Shown piece after piece: positions 24,309 to 36,269 of a stretch of DNA of 64,000 nt (position 1 is the stretch's first letter; each line of letters opens with the position of its first letter). This stretch comes from Octopus sinensis (lineage: Eukaryota), in NCBI RefSeq assembly GCF_006345805.1, contig NC_043001.1, forward strand, positions 28,706,001-28,770,000, written 5' to 3'. The notes under the pieces are model-generated. The model was not told where the DNA came from, made no database searches, and was given only the letters and a program-made list of their open reading frames with translations. Position numbers and translations under genes: made by a program.

Positions 24309-24845
24309 AAATTTTAAAATGGGGAGTGTGCATCAACTTCATTTGAGTAATAAGAGTAATTTTAGGAAGAACTGTCTCTTTCATAACTGTACAGCTTTGA
24401 AGAGAATTATTTAAGCAACAGATTCTATTTAGTATTAAGTGTTTGAAATTGAAGGCATTTTTTTTTTTCTTTCTTTCCTATATTACAAGCAGGCAGTCAT
24501 AGAGTACAGAAAAATTAAGTTAGAACACATTGTCAGTCTATCAACAAAGAATTCATCAGAGGAAATACTTTCGAAATAGCTTTAGAACATTACATACCAA
24601 ACTATTGATGAGTGAAACAACTAAATTGAAATTCCAGTTTACTAATTTAGTTCATTCATACTTGAAGTAGAAATGAAATGACCGAGCAGATAAGATACTA
24701 GCGTTAAGTTCATATTTATTTGAGGCTTTTGTATCTGTGAAAAACCAAATGTCGATTTCTACCTGCCTCAGTTTAATTAATTATTGGATACAGGTTTCAA
24801 AGGCCAGGTGTCATAACCAGAATAAAACATTGTCCTTCAACTTAA

Positions 24846-25066
24846 CTCTTTAGCATTCAGATTACTCCGTCAAATGTAATACTTATTTACTCATATTGTT
24901 TCAAATTAATCCTGCATCGTCTTGTGGCACTGAGATTTCAATAAGGTGATTGCTTATTATCAGAATAACATTGAAGGATAGGTGTGAGATGCCAGATACA
25001 ACCAGTTTGAACATAAAACAAATAGAATATTTAGGGTCAGATATGGCCAGTTTAAATGCTAAAGGG
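24846..25066 (+). mobile_element. TTAA MITE family 2
   Basis: TTAA at 24842-24845. TIR CTTTAGCATT / AATGCTAAAGGG. Confidence 0.85.
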
Positions 25067-25632
25067 ATAAAGTCATATAACAAAGCAGAAGCCAGCCTTT
25101 ATAATCTGTCCTGATGAAGGTATATCAGCCAAAATGTTGTGTTAACAACTAACAAGTTGAGGACAAATATCCGTCAAATGTAAATAATGTAAATAATGCA
25201 AATAATGTGCTGTCCAAGTTTGTTGAAGAAATTTTATAATTATTCAAATAATATACCATGTCAGGTATATTATGTTGTAGTATATTATATTGTAGTAAAT
25301 CCAGTATTGTAACATATTTTTTATACTTCATTCCACAAAAGAATTCTTTGTGAGAGCTAGACTTGCTAGAAATAGTAGCTAAATCTCTCATATCCCATCC
25401 TATTGTTCTGAAAAAGAAAAGGACTCATGTCAGTCACTGGACTGCAACCATACTGTAACTTGAAGTTTATTCAAGCAAATCAACCCCAGTACTTATTTCT
25501 AAAACTGGTACTAATTTTATTGGTCTTTTTTGCTGAACCAATAAGTTACGGGGGACATAAACAAACCAACACCAGTTGTCAAATGGTGATGGTAAAGAAC
25601 AAACACATGCACACACATCTATCTATATACAT

Positions 25633-26014
25633 TCTTTTGTTTCAATCATTCGACTGCGGCCATGCTGAAGCACTGCCTTTAGTCGAGCAAATCAACCCCA
25701 GGACTTACTCTTTGTAAGCCTAGTACTTATTCTATCAGTCTCTTTTGCGGAACTGCTAAGTTATGGGGACATAAACACACCAATATCAGTTGTCAAGCGA
25801 TGGTGGCGGAGACAAACACACACATATACACAAACATACACATAGACATATATATATATATATATATATACAACGTGCTTCTGTCTACCAAATCCACTCA
25901 CAAGGCTTTGGTCAGCCTGAGGGTATAGTAGAAGACAATGCCACGCAATGGGACTGAACCTGGAACCATGTGGTTGGTAAGCAAGCTACTTACCACACAG
26001 CCACTCCTACACCT
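25633..26014 (-). mobile_element. SINE family A
   Basis: Homology to family A. Confidence 0.88.
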
Positions 26015-26264
26015 GTATTCTCATAACATTTTTAAAAATTCATTTAACCACCACCAGAAAAAAAAAAATGGTTTTAATATCATTAGTTGTAAATTAATTC
26101 AAATTAGAGACTTTATAAGCACAAATTCAAGACAAAATAATCTACACAGAATAAAAGTAATTAAGACAATATTCAAGATATGTATAAAAATGAAAGTTTC
26201 CAATTTATGTTTGAAAATAAATAAAACACAAAGAAAGAGATAGAGAGAAAGACAAAATGAATAT

Positions 26265-26664
26265 AGGCGCAGGAGTGGCTCTGTGGTTAGTAGCTTGCTA
26301 ACCAACCACATCGTTCCGGGTTCAGTCCCACTGCGTGGCATCTTGGGCAAGTGTCTTCTGCTATAGCCCCGGGCCGACCAATGCCTTGTGAGTGGATTTG
26401 GTAGACGGAAACTGAAAGAAGCCTGTCATATATATATAAGTGTGTGTATATGTTTGTGTGTCTGTGTTTGTCCCCCTAGCATTGCTTGACAACCGATGCT
26501 TGTGTGTTTATGTCCCCGTCACCTAGCAGTTCGGCAAAAGAGACCGATAGAATAAGTACTTGGCTTACAAAGAATAAGTCCCGGGGTCGATTTGCTCGAC
26601 TAAAGGCGGTGCTCCAGCATGGCCGCAGTCAAATGACTGAAACAAGTAAAAGAGTAAAAGAGTA
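26265..26664 (+). mobile_element. SINE family A, young subfamily
   Basis: Full length. Confidence 0.92.
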
Positions 26665-27261
26665 ATATAACATCAAACCATCAAAAAGAAAGAAAGTGTG
26701 AAACGATATAAAAAAGTCTTCATTATTCTCACCAAAGACAAATATAAAAAAAAACATGTTAGATATGCTTATGCAACTTTGCCTGTTTAATTAACCATTT
26801 TATCAGCAAGTTATTCAAGATCAGCCATACTAAGGCATTCATATTTAAATTAAAATCTTTAGAAATTCGGTCATTCGTATTATGAGGTTTTGATAGTGTG
26901 TCATGACATTAACACATTTTTAAATGATCAGTTACAAAGGTTTCTGTAACAAATTTGCTTTCAACGTCAGCTCATGCAAAAGATCAAAGTGAAAATTTAC
27001 GCAATATTTGGCACTTCCTCAGACCTGCATAAAAGATGCATTACATTGTGGATCTACCAAACTTTGATTATATCAAGAGGAAACAAAAAGAATGGTCTTT
27101 CTACTCTACCAGGAGCTCAAATTATATATATTCCTTAACTGCTATCTCTGAAGAGCACAGAGTTACATTACCTAACTCTCTGTTGAAACCCCTAGTGTGA
27201 AACTGATTGGTAAGATTGACCATAAAGGATATATAACACTGAACATTTTGATTAATATCAT

Positions 27262-27600
27262 GATCATCATCATCATCATTTAACGTCCGTTTTCTATGCT
27301 GGCATGGCTTGGACAGTTTGACTGAGAACTGGCAAGCCAGGAGGCCGCACCAGGCTCCAATCTGATCTGGCAGGGTTTCTACTGCTGGACACCCTTCCTA
27401 ACGCCAACCACTCAGAGTGTAGTGGGTGCTTTTTACTTGCCGGCAGCACTGGCATAGGCCACATTTGGAAGGTGCTTTTTACATGCTACCAGCACAGGAA
27501 CCAGTTGGGGCAAGGAGGCTAGCATCAACCATGTTCAGATGCTGCTTTTTACATGCCACCAGCATGGGGAGCCAGTCAGGCGGCACTGACAATGACCTAT
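27262..27600 (-). mobile_element. RTE 3'UTR-derived element
   Basis: Tail homology, three hairpin modules. Confidence 0.82.
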
Positions 27601-27789
27601 ACATACATGGTGCTTATTAGTTGCAAAACCAGTGACTATGTGACACTTTTTTTCTATATATGGCAAGCTGGGTTACGCTACTGCAATGTCTAGTAGACAA
27701 GTATCCATCACTGAAGATGATCTAATAAGATCAAAATTGCATGATATGGTGGTCTTTGAGCTAGGATAGTATGGAGTTCTCTCCCCACT

Positions 27790-27908
27790 TGCTACATATA
27801 TATATCAAGAGTGAAGTGCACTGAAAAGCTAGCTGAGGGGAAGTGTCCTCCTGGGGTTAAAATAGCATTATCATTCATTCTTAAAGAACATCCACATTTA
27901 AGTGGTGA
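27790..27908 (-). repeat. Unclassified repeat (homolog at about 63585-63700, +) abutting the mariner remnant
   Basis: Shared CCACTTAAATGTG...CCCCAGGAGGACAC.TCC. Confidence 0.55.
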
Positions 27909-28400
27909 TAAACATTACTTTTTTGGTGCTTGACATCTTTATAGAGAATCCATTTCTCATCACCAGTTACTATTCAGTCCAAAAATGGTTCATTTGTGAG
28001 ACATGACAGCAAAGAAGAGCACACATTCACTCTGTGCATGATTAAACTCAGAAAGTTTGTGAGGAACCCACTGACCCAATTTGCTGATTTTTCCAATGGC
28101 ATGCAGGTGTCAATGACTGGTTGAATAATCAAATCCAAGCTTTTCTGTTAGTTCCTCAACAGTTACAATGGGATTTTGTTCCACCAGGGTTTGCAGGACA
28201 TCCTCATTGAGCTCTAAAGATCTTTCAGGATGAGGATCATCTTCTAGGCTGTAGCTTCCAGCTCAGGATTTCTGGAACCACCGTTGACACTGGTTTACAC
28301 TTATTGTCCGATCCCCATATACTGGATTAATAATCCTTGCCCTTTCCATTGCGTTGCTGCCTTTACTGAACTCATAAAGCAAAATACCGTAAAAACCCTC
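27908..28400 (-). pseudogene. Decayed mariner (Mos1-like) transposase, N-terminal half
   Basis: Conceptual translation ILLYEFSKGSNA...CQRWFQK...GQWVPHKLS...IVTGDEKWILY. WVPHxL and TGDEKW are mariner signatures. Stops and frameshifts present. Confidence 0.92.
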
Positions 28401-30123
28401 AATTTACACACTTTTTTTACACAAAAACAAAAATAAACTTTAGGGGGTGCATAAATTACACAAGTAGATCGTTTCCAGAATTTTTTTTAGAAATTCTTTT
28501 TTTGTTAAAAATGATGTACAAATGTAAACATTCGTACTGGAAGTTGACTCATTTAAGAAAAAATATAATGAAGTTGACCTATATTTATGCTGGATGGTAT
28601 AATGCTTACTTTTTCCGTATAAATTTATCAAAACCATTAAATGGTTAACTACTTTTTGAAGTTTGATGTTCATGCTGGTAATCACAGTCCGGGCTATATT
28701 TTACTGCATCTAACACCGACAACATCATAATTCATCCTTACGCATGTAAATTCACTAAGTGAATATAACTTAGCATTCCTACAGAAACTTTCATTTACCT
28801 TATACGATGTTTAATGTCATTTCACATTCATGTTCTATTACGCAGCAATCTTATGTCCTCTTCATAGAACACTTGTAATGTATGTATTACCAGTTCTTTT
28901 GGTGTAGTAGATTTTTGCTATTCTTGTTTATGTCTCCTCACAGACATGTATATTCTAACAAGTCTCTTCTCAAATTTAGCACCTTGCTTGTTCAATAAAC
29001 ACTGAGTTAAACTTACAAAGCTTTTTATTTTCTCCTTTCGATTTTTAATGTATATTTTAGCAGGTTACCAAACTATCAGTTTGGTCTCTCAGCTAAAATG
29101 GTAATGACAAATTATTAAGTTTGCTTGACATTTTAGAAGTTTGAAAGGGATTAAAATTTCAATACTATATATCAAAGGTTCTGATAAGAATAGGCAGAAA
29201 ATCAGAGCTTGAGACAAGAAAACACTTTCAACCAATCAGAATTGTTTACATAATCAGTTTGATTGGTCACCTTCTTCTGTCGGTTGAGTAAAGTGTCATC
29301 CAAGCTGATACTTATTGTAATTAAACTTATTTTGCAACAGTTGTGCATATTTATCAGCTTTGCTTTTGTTGATAACAATTATCAGCAACTTTCCCTGTGA
29401 TCATGATTTGAGAAGACATACAGACGTATGCAAAAGAACATGCATAATCTCTTGTGGGCAAGAAATGTCAAATAAAGTTTATTATAAACAACACAAACAC
29501 TTTGTAATTTAATAGCTTTCAATGTGATACCTGTTAAACATTATTTTTATTTAATAAAATCTAATCATAGGTAAGTGAAATTATGCTAAATACAACTAAA
29601 TTGAAAACCTTTTTTTCCCTGGCCATATAAGCAATACTGAAAAATTTTGGGTGCAAATTTTACACGAGTTGAAACTTTTTTTAACAATTTTTATCCTGAA
29701 AATCACCTGAGTAAATTACACAGGTGCACAAATTACATGAGTTTTTACAGTATACAAAATATGCTTTTTTGTCACTTCCATTATAGCTTTGAAAAAATAA
29801 CTTTAAAATCGAACTGCACTCTTCAAAACTTATACTAAGAATAAGGACAAGGTAAAATTACTACCAGCTTTTATAGCAAGTTGATGCAGGTAATTTATCC
29901 CATCTCCCTCTGATTTTAAGTTCATACAATTGAAAAAAAACATTATTTATGAGATGACCTAATATCTGGAATAATTATTCCAAGACATTTTTTTTCCTCA
30001 TACTTAAATGGTTCAAATACTAATACTACTACTACTACTAATGGTTTCTAACATAAACACATGGTGAAATTTTGAGGGTATGGTATTAGTCAATTAAAAC
30101 AACCCCAGTACTTGAGTGGTTTA

Positions 30124-30713
30124 TGAAGAGGTGCTGAAAAGTTCCTGGCTTTAGGTAAAAGAAAATACAGGACTATCAGTTAATTATGATTTTATTCAAC
30201 ACTAGCAGTATCGCCCGGTGTTGCTCGGGTTTGTAAGGGAAATAACTATAAAGCATTTTTAGAGAGTTATAGCCAAAAAATAGCAAAAAATGCATTAAAA
30301 AAATGGAAAAAAAATTATGGTAAATTTTTTTACCATAATTATGGTAGACATTTTTAGAGAGTTACTTCCCTTATATTTAAAAAAATATGTATTAAAATGG
30401 AAAAAAAATGATGGTAAATTATTTTTAAAATCGTAGACTCATCGTAGACGCGCGCTAATACCCAGAAGGGCTTGATATGAATCACGACTATAAGATACCC
30501 GGTTTTGGTTAAACTGCACCGCAAAATGTGGGAGTAGTTAGGAATCTAAATCGGAGTAGACAGACACACAACCTTTCTTTTATATATAAAGATATTCCCC
30601 TTTCAGCAGTCTTCCAGTTTTTTCTAAGTCCTGTAAAAGAACTTGGAAGGTTGGGCTTCCAACCAGGCCTTTCGTGATACCCTTAAAACCAGGAACTTTT
30701 CAGCAACCCCTTG
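30124..30713. mobile_element. Tc1/mariner-type MITE (about 200 bp) with nested Helitron
   Basis: TA flanks. TIR GTGCTGAAAAGTTCCTGG / CCAGGAACTTTTCAGCAAC. Confidence 0.85.
30202..30592 (-). mobile_element. Non-autonomous Helitron-like element
   Basis: Minus strand A|TCTTTATATATAAAAG...AAACCCGAGCAACACCGGGCGATACTGCTAG|T. Subterminal hairpin, no TSD. Confidence 0.85.
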
Positions 30714-31911
30714 TAGCTTCATTTATCACCAATTCGTTTGTCACTGACCAAGAAAACATGGTAAGCTCAATTGTGAACCGTGTTATGCTTATTATAGACT
30801 GATTTGTGATAGAACAGGCCTGCAATCCAATGAAGATTCTGCTTGTACCACAAAAATGTGCCCCAGTGACAACTCACAGTACTCAGCTACCCAAAATGCA
30901 CCGACTACCACTTGTGTTTACGTGACTGTGGTGCAAGGCAGCATATTTTTTATACAGGTATACATACTTGTACCCATCAACATGGGACCAATGGAAAGAA
31001 AAAACACTAAGGCACCTGAACTTAACATGTGACAGAGACAAGAAAAGTTAAGAGCTCACCAAGAAAATATGACACTGGAACCTTTGCTGCTTTGGGTCCC
31101 AAGTTTGGTTGTCAATGAATCTACCATTGTGGGAACAAGTAAATGGATTACTAGGCTAGCACTTGTTTTTCAGCTGAGAGTACTGGAGCTACATGATATA
31201 AAGAACTTTTCTCAAGGATACAATGCAAAGCCCAATCCAAGAATTTCTGATTAATTATGAGCCCGACACTATTAATCCCCATACCATATGTCTACGCAGT
31301 AGGAGTGCATGTGTGTTGGTGTGTGTGTGTTCCATTTACAAAGTGCATAGATAGGATTCACTACCACCAATTTTTTTTTTTTTTTTTTTAAGTGGGAGAG
31401 ACAAAAGCCTTATGATAAACAAGGACAGATGTACTTTTAACACTGAAAGGATGACAGTAAAGTTGATCATGGTGGGATTTGAACTCAGAATGTGAAGAAC
31501 TGGAAAGAAATATCACAAGTTGTTTTTTTTTATATTTTTCTTTTTTTTTTCTTTTTTCTTGCCTAACAATTCTGCCCTAACAACAAATTGCTGACAAAAG
31601 AAAAACAAAAAAAAAACCCACATTAAACTAGCATAGGTCAATGAATATAACACAAGAGAAAATGAAAAAACACAGTTCCTGCTTACTTCCTTTTTAGACT
31701 GAACAATGATACTTTCTTACATTTGAACAAGATGACTATCAAGGTCAAAATCATTAACATACTTGTTTTTGAGGGGAGTAGATCTTATTTTTTTTCCCAT
31801 TTTATTTTTTCACACATTAACAAGTTACCAACTGTAAGTCAAAGAGAAATTGATGTGTAAATTACACTCATAATTACCACCTAGATCTTAATTATACAAT
31901 CAAATTAAGCA

Positions 31912-32066
31912 CAGGCATGGCTAATGTGGTAAGACGTTTGCTTCCCAACCACATGGTTCCGAGTTCAAACCCACACTGCGGCACCTTGGACAAGTGTCTT
32001 CTACTATAGCCTCAGGCCAACCAAAGTTTTGAGTGGATTTGGTAGACAGAAACTGAAAGAAGTCAG

Positions 32067-32119
<53 letters not shown>

Positions 32120-32236
32120 GTATGCGTGCGTATACGTTTGTGTGTTGCATACATGCATATATATGTATGTATACGTTCGTATATGTAAGTATTTGTATGT
32201 TATATGTATGTATGTATATATATATATATATATATA

Positions 32237-32280
<44 letters not shown>
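31912..32280 (+). mobile_element. SINE family A 5' half followed by expanded TA/TG microsatellite
   Basis: Head and core homology end at the internal microsatellite. Confidence 0.8.
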
Positions 32281-33834
32281 TTAATGTTACTTTCTGAATT
32301 GAAGTAGGCACTTCCACTGAAGAGGCAAAGCATTTCTTATACAAAACCAGAAATCTGGGATCTGGAATTACCCAGTAATTTTTTTGCTAGTTTATTTTGT
32401 CTTTTTGTCTTCTCTCCTGGTGCTGTATGAACATTTAATGTGGTTTTAGCTGCTATTTCCAGCATGGCAGTATCTCTTTGATACCCTAAATTATAATTTT
32501 AATAATAATTATTACCTTTGAAGGTTTTTATTCCCATGCTGGCCACTTGGTAAGATCGATATTTAAATTAACAATCTTATCCTTGTGTGTGTGTGTGTGT
32601 GTGCGTGCATGTGTGTGTGTGCGTGCATGTGTGTGTGTGTGTGTTTTCTTTTTTCGGAAATTGCTTTGCAAGATCCATGATGTGAAATCACATGCTGAAA
32701 CATATTGTTATATTCCAGGATAGTCTCCCCCCCACCTGCCAAATAGCCACATATACTGTACATATGTTCTTCAGATTTATTATTGTTATTATTTTAGTGT
32801 CCTTTGTCTGAAATCTTTCATCACATGTCCTGTGACCTCTTCAGGGACCCTCCATCCCATGTCTCCTCAAGTTCTGCTTAGTCCATTCTGAGAAAGAAAG
32901 AATGAACTAAAACAGAGTCAGCATGCTAACAATTCTGCCCAGCTCACCACTTTTGGACAACGAAGACAATAACAATAACAAAAAAAAATAACATACAAGA
33001 TAATAACAAGACAATAACAACAACAAAAAAATAACATACAAGATAAATTCTTTTGAGAAATTGTCTCTGCTTTCAGAGAGGGTAGAACAATCACTTGGTG
33101 GCAAGTGGAACTGACTCAAAATGGAAAAGAGAGATAATCTCAAGAATCGAGAATTCACCAAAAGTGATATGACCTTAAGGAACCAGTCAGATAATCTGGA
33201 GACAAAAGTTCAACTCTGGACACATAGATTTTTTTTTTCTCTGACACTCCACTATTTCTTTCAATCTTATCCTCAACTACTCCCACCTACCCTCATATAA
33301 TGTGGGTAACCATATATGACCTCTATAGCTTAAAACCTGTGCTTGTTCCACTATCATATGTTAACATTTTAACACCTGGCATAAAGCAACATCTATTACT
33401 CCCCCTCAGTAACAAGAGCTCTTCCTTTTCTTTGTACTTTTTCTTCTTGCAAGTTATTGGGGAAATTCATTAGTGTGGGTGGCATGAAAAGAAAGCACCC
33501 AGTACACTCTATAGAGCAGTTGGCATTAAAAAGGGCATTCAGCTGTAGAAACCATACCAAAGTTGACAATGGACATCAAAAGATGACGATATACAAACAC
33601 ACATGCATACACACACACACATACAAAGATACATACATGCACACATAAAAGACGCACATGAGTGAGATGCATTTTCTCTGATCAGGCAAGGTGAACAAAA
33701 CTTCCCAAAGGGCCAATACTGACCATGTAGATCCTTGGAGTGCATGCCAGCATGGAAACTGTACATAAAATGATGATGGTGGCTGTGTTAATGAGTACAT
33801 TCCTATATTTATACATACACTATATGTATACATA

Positions 33835-34022
33835 CATTGCTGGTGGCACGTAAAATGCACCCACTACACTCTCGGAGCGGTCGGCGTTAGGAAGGGCATC
33901 CAGCTGTAGAAACTCTGCCAGATCAAGATTGGAGCCTGGTGCAGCCATCTGGTTCGCCAGCCCTCAGTCAAATCATCCAACCCATGCTAGCATGGAAAGC
34001 GGATGTTAAATGATGATGATGA
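33835..34022 (+). mobile_element. RTE 3'UTR-derived element
   Basis: Tail homology and (GAT)n. Confidence 0.85.
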
Positions 34023-34408
34023 CACTCACACACACCCACACACAGAGATACAATGTTTGAAAATAAGATGAGATGCTCATAACTGGAATACCTTTGATCA
34101 CATTATTTTTTTTCCTTTTACTGGCTTTAGTCACTGGACTGTGGCCATGCTGGGGTATCTTCTCAAAAGGTTTTTGCCAAACGCATTGACCCTAGTACTT
34201 ATTCTTTTAAGCCTGTTACTCATTCTAGCAGTCTTGTATGCTGAACCATTAACTTAAAGGGATGAATTAAACAAACCAACACTGGTTGTCAAGCAGCGGT
34301 TGGGGATTAACATAACAAACACACACACACACATGTGTGTGTGTGTGTGTGTCCCCTTTTTCTTGCCTGTTAATTTTATTATTTGTTTATTTGAATTGAC
34401 TATATATA

Positions 34409-35221
34409 CAGTAATCCCTCGACTATAGCAGGTGTTACATTCCAAAACCTCAGGCGATAGGTGAAAATCTGTGGAGTAGAAACACTACTGTACTGCATAT
34501 ATTTTATTATTATTATTTTTATAATTTGTATCTCTTTTACTCTCTTTTACTTGTTTCAGTCATTTGACAGTGTCCATGCTGGAGCACCGCCTTTAGTCGA
34601 GCAAATCGACCCCAGGACTTATTCTTTGTAAGCCTAGTGCTTATTCTATCAGTCTCTTTTGCTGAACCGCTAAGTTACGGAGATGCAAACACACCAGCAT
34701 CGGTTGTCAAGCAATGTTGGGAGGACAAACACAGACACACAAACACATATATATATATATACATATATACGATGGGCTTCTTTCAGTTTCCATCTACTAA
34801 ATCCACTCACAAGGCATTGGTCAGCCCAAGGCTATCGTAGAAGACACTTGCCCAAGGTGCCACGCAGTGGGACTGAACCCGGAACCATGAGGTTGGTAAG
34901 CAAGCTACTTACTACAGTATTGTGCGATTCTTTGTTTACTCATGTACAGTACACAATGTATTTGCTTTTAATATATTTTAATTAATGTGTTAAACAGTGC
35001 AGTATTGTACTGTATTTTTATTTATTAATTTTTAGGTGTGAAAATGCTTATTTTACCACAGAAATAATTAAAATCTAAACAAATATAAATACCTATCGTC
35101 CACAGAAACCCACGATATACTGAGGAGTCTGCGATATAAATTTACATATATTATTAGCCAGAAAAATCTACAATGTAATGAGGACATAATAGGTGAACCT
35201 CGATATGGTGAGTGGTTACTG
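34409..35221. mobile_element. Tigger/pogo-like MITE with nested SINE
   Basis: TA|CAGTAATCCCTCG...CGATATGGTGAGTGGTTACTG|TA. Confidence 0.75.
34529..34917 (-). mobile_element. SINE family A nested in MITE
   Basis: Homology to family A. Confidence 0.9.
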
Positions 35222-35261
<40 letters not shown>

Positions 35262-35263
<2 letters not shown>

Positions 35264-35412
35264 ATATTTCGGAATGGTCATTTTGCCAGTTTAGCCAATA
35301 AAAACACACGCACTATACATATGGTGTTACTTTACTTCAGTGTTATTTATTGTTTACATTAATCTTAATCTTATTTCGACTAAACTGGCAAAATGACCAT
35401 TCCGAAATATAA
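35262..35412. mobile_element. 151-bp MITE with perfect 33-bp TIRs
   Basis: TTATATTTCGGAATGGTCATTTTGCCAGTTTAG and its exact reverse complement at 35380-35412. Confidence 0.85.
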
Positions 35413-35468
35413 TAATATCTGTTTCAACACACGACTTCACATAAAAAATCTTGCACAACAAATATTTA

Positions 35469-35586
<118 letters not shown>

Positions 35587-36230
35587 CTTGATTCCTTCCA
35601 TATGAGATGTCTGCATTATATTTGCAATGTTAAATGGCAAGATCATGTTCGAAATAGTGAGTTACTGGAGAGGTGTGAGATCACTGGTATTGAAACATTT
35701 TTGATTAAAATACAAATGCGGTGGTCTGGTCATCTCGTAAGTTCCAAAGCAACTTTCTTATGGGCAATTGACAAATTCTTCCCGTCCAACAGGGCGTCCT
35801 CTTCTTTGTTACAAGGACAAACTAAAAGACAATCTGAAGTGTTGTGATGTTGCTCTGAGCTCCTGGGAGAGTGCAGCAGGGGATCGCAGCAAGTGGAGGA
35901 AAATGTGTTTTCTAAAGACTAGAGAATTTGAAAGTAACCATCTTCATCATAGGGACGCCCTTCGTGCAAATTTGAAAGCAATGCATCAGCAAAATCCACC
36001 AAACAATGACTGTGTGTGTGTCACTGTGGGTTTAAAGTACGAAGCAAAGCTGGGTTATCTGTCCACTCGAGAAGACATTTTGAACCAACGAATACATGCA
36101 GGTGTACCATTTGCGAGAAAGTGTGCAAGACATCTGCTGGATTGAAGGTACACATGCGTGTCACAAGGCTTAGGAATTGTTGAAGGTTATTTACTGAACC
36201 CTCATTCATCGTCTTCGATGAGAGAATCCA
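35587..36230 (+). mobile_element. 5'-truncated RTE/BovB-like LINE (ORF2 C-terminus with C2H2 fingers)
   Basis: LDSFHMRCLHYICNVKWQDH...MRWSGHLV...GRPLLCYKDKLKDNLK...WESAAGDRSKWR, then C-x2-C...H-x3-H fingers. Frameshifted and flanked by (TA)n. Confidence 0.85.
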
Positions 36231-36232
36231 CC

Positions 36233-36269
<37 letters not shown>

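Noticed and set aside
30717-30760. Exon-like segment (xSFITNSFVTDQENM, GTAAGC donor)
   Set aside because: The acceptor is created by a MITE end and the start resembles a decayed SINE; the phase-1 entry does not follow exon E.
32524-32549. 26-nt micro-exon candidate VFIPMLAT(W)
   Set aside because: Phase fits exon E but the pyrimidine tract is weak; GTAAG is expected dozens of times by chance in 64 kb, and no matching downstream exon was found.
33077-33240. Good acceptor and protein-like 40-codon frame
   Set aside because: Stops occur soon after the acceptor in all three phases and there is no donor.
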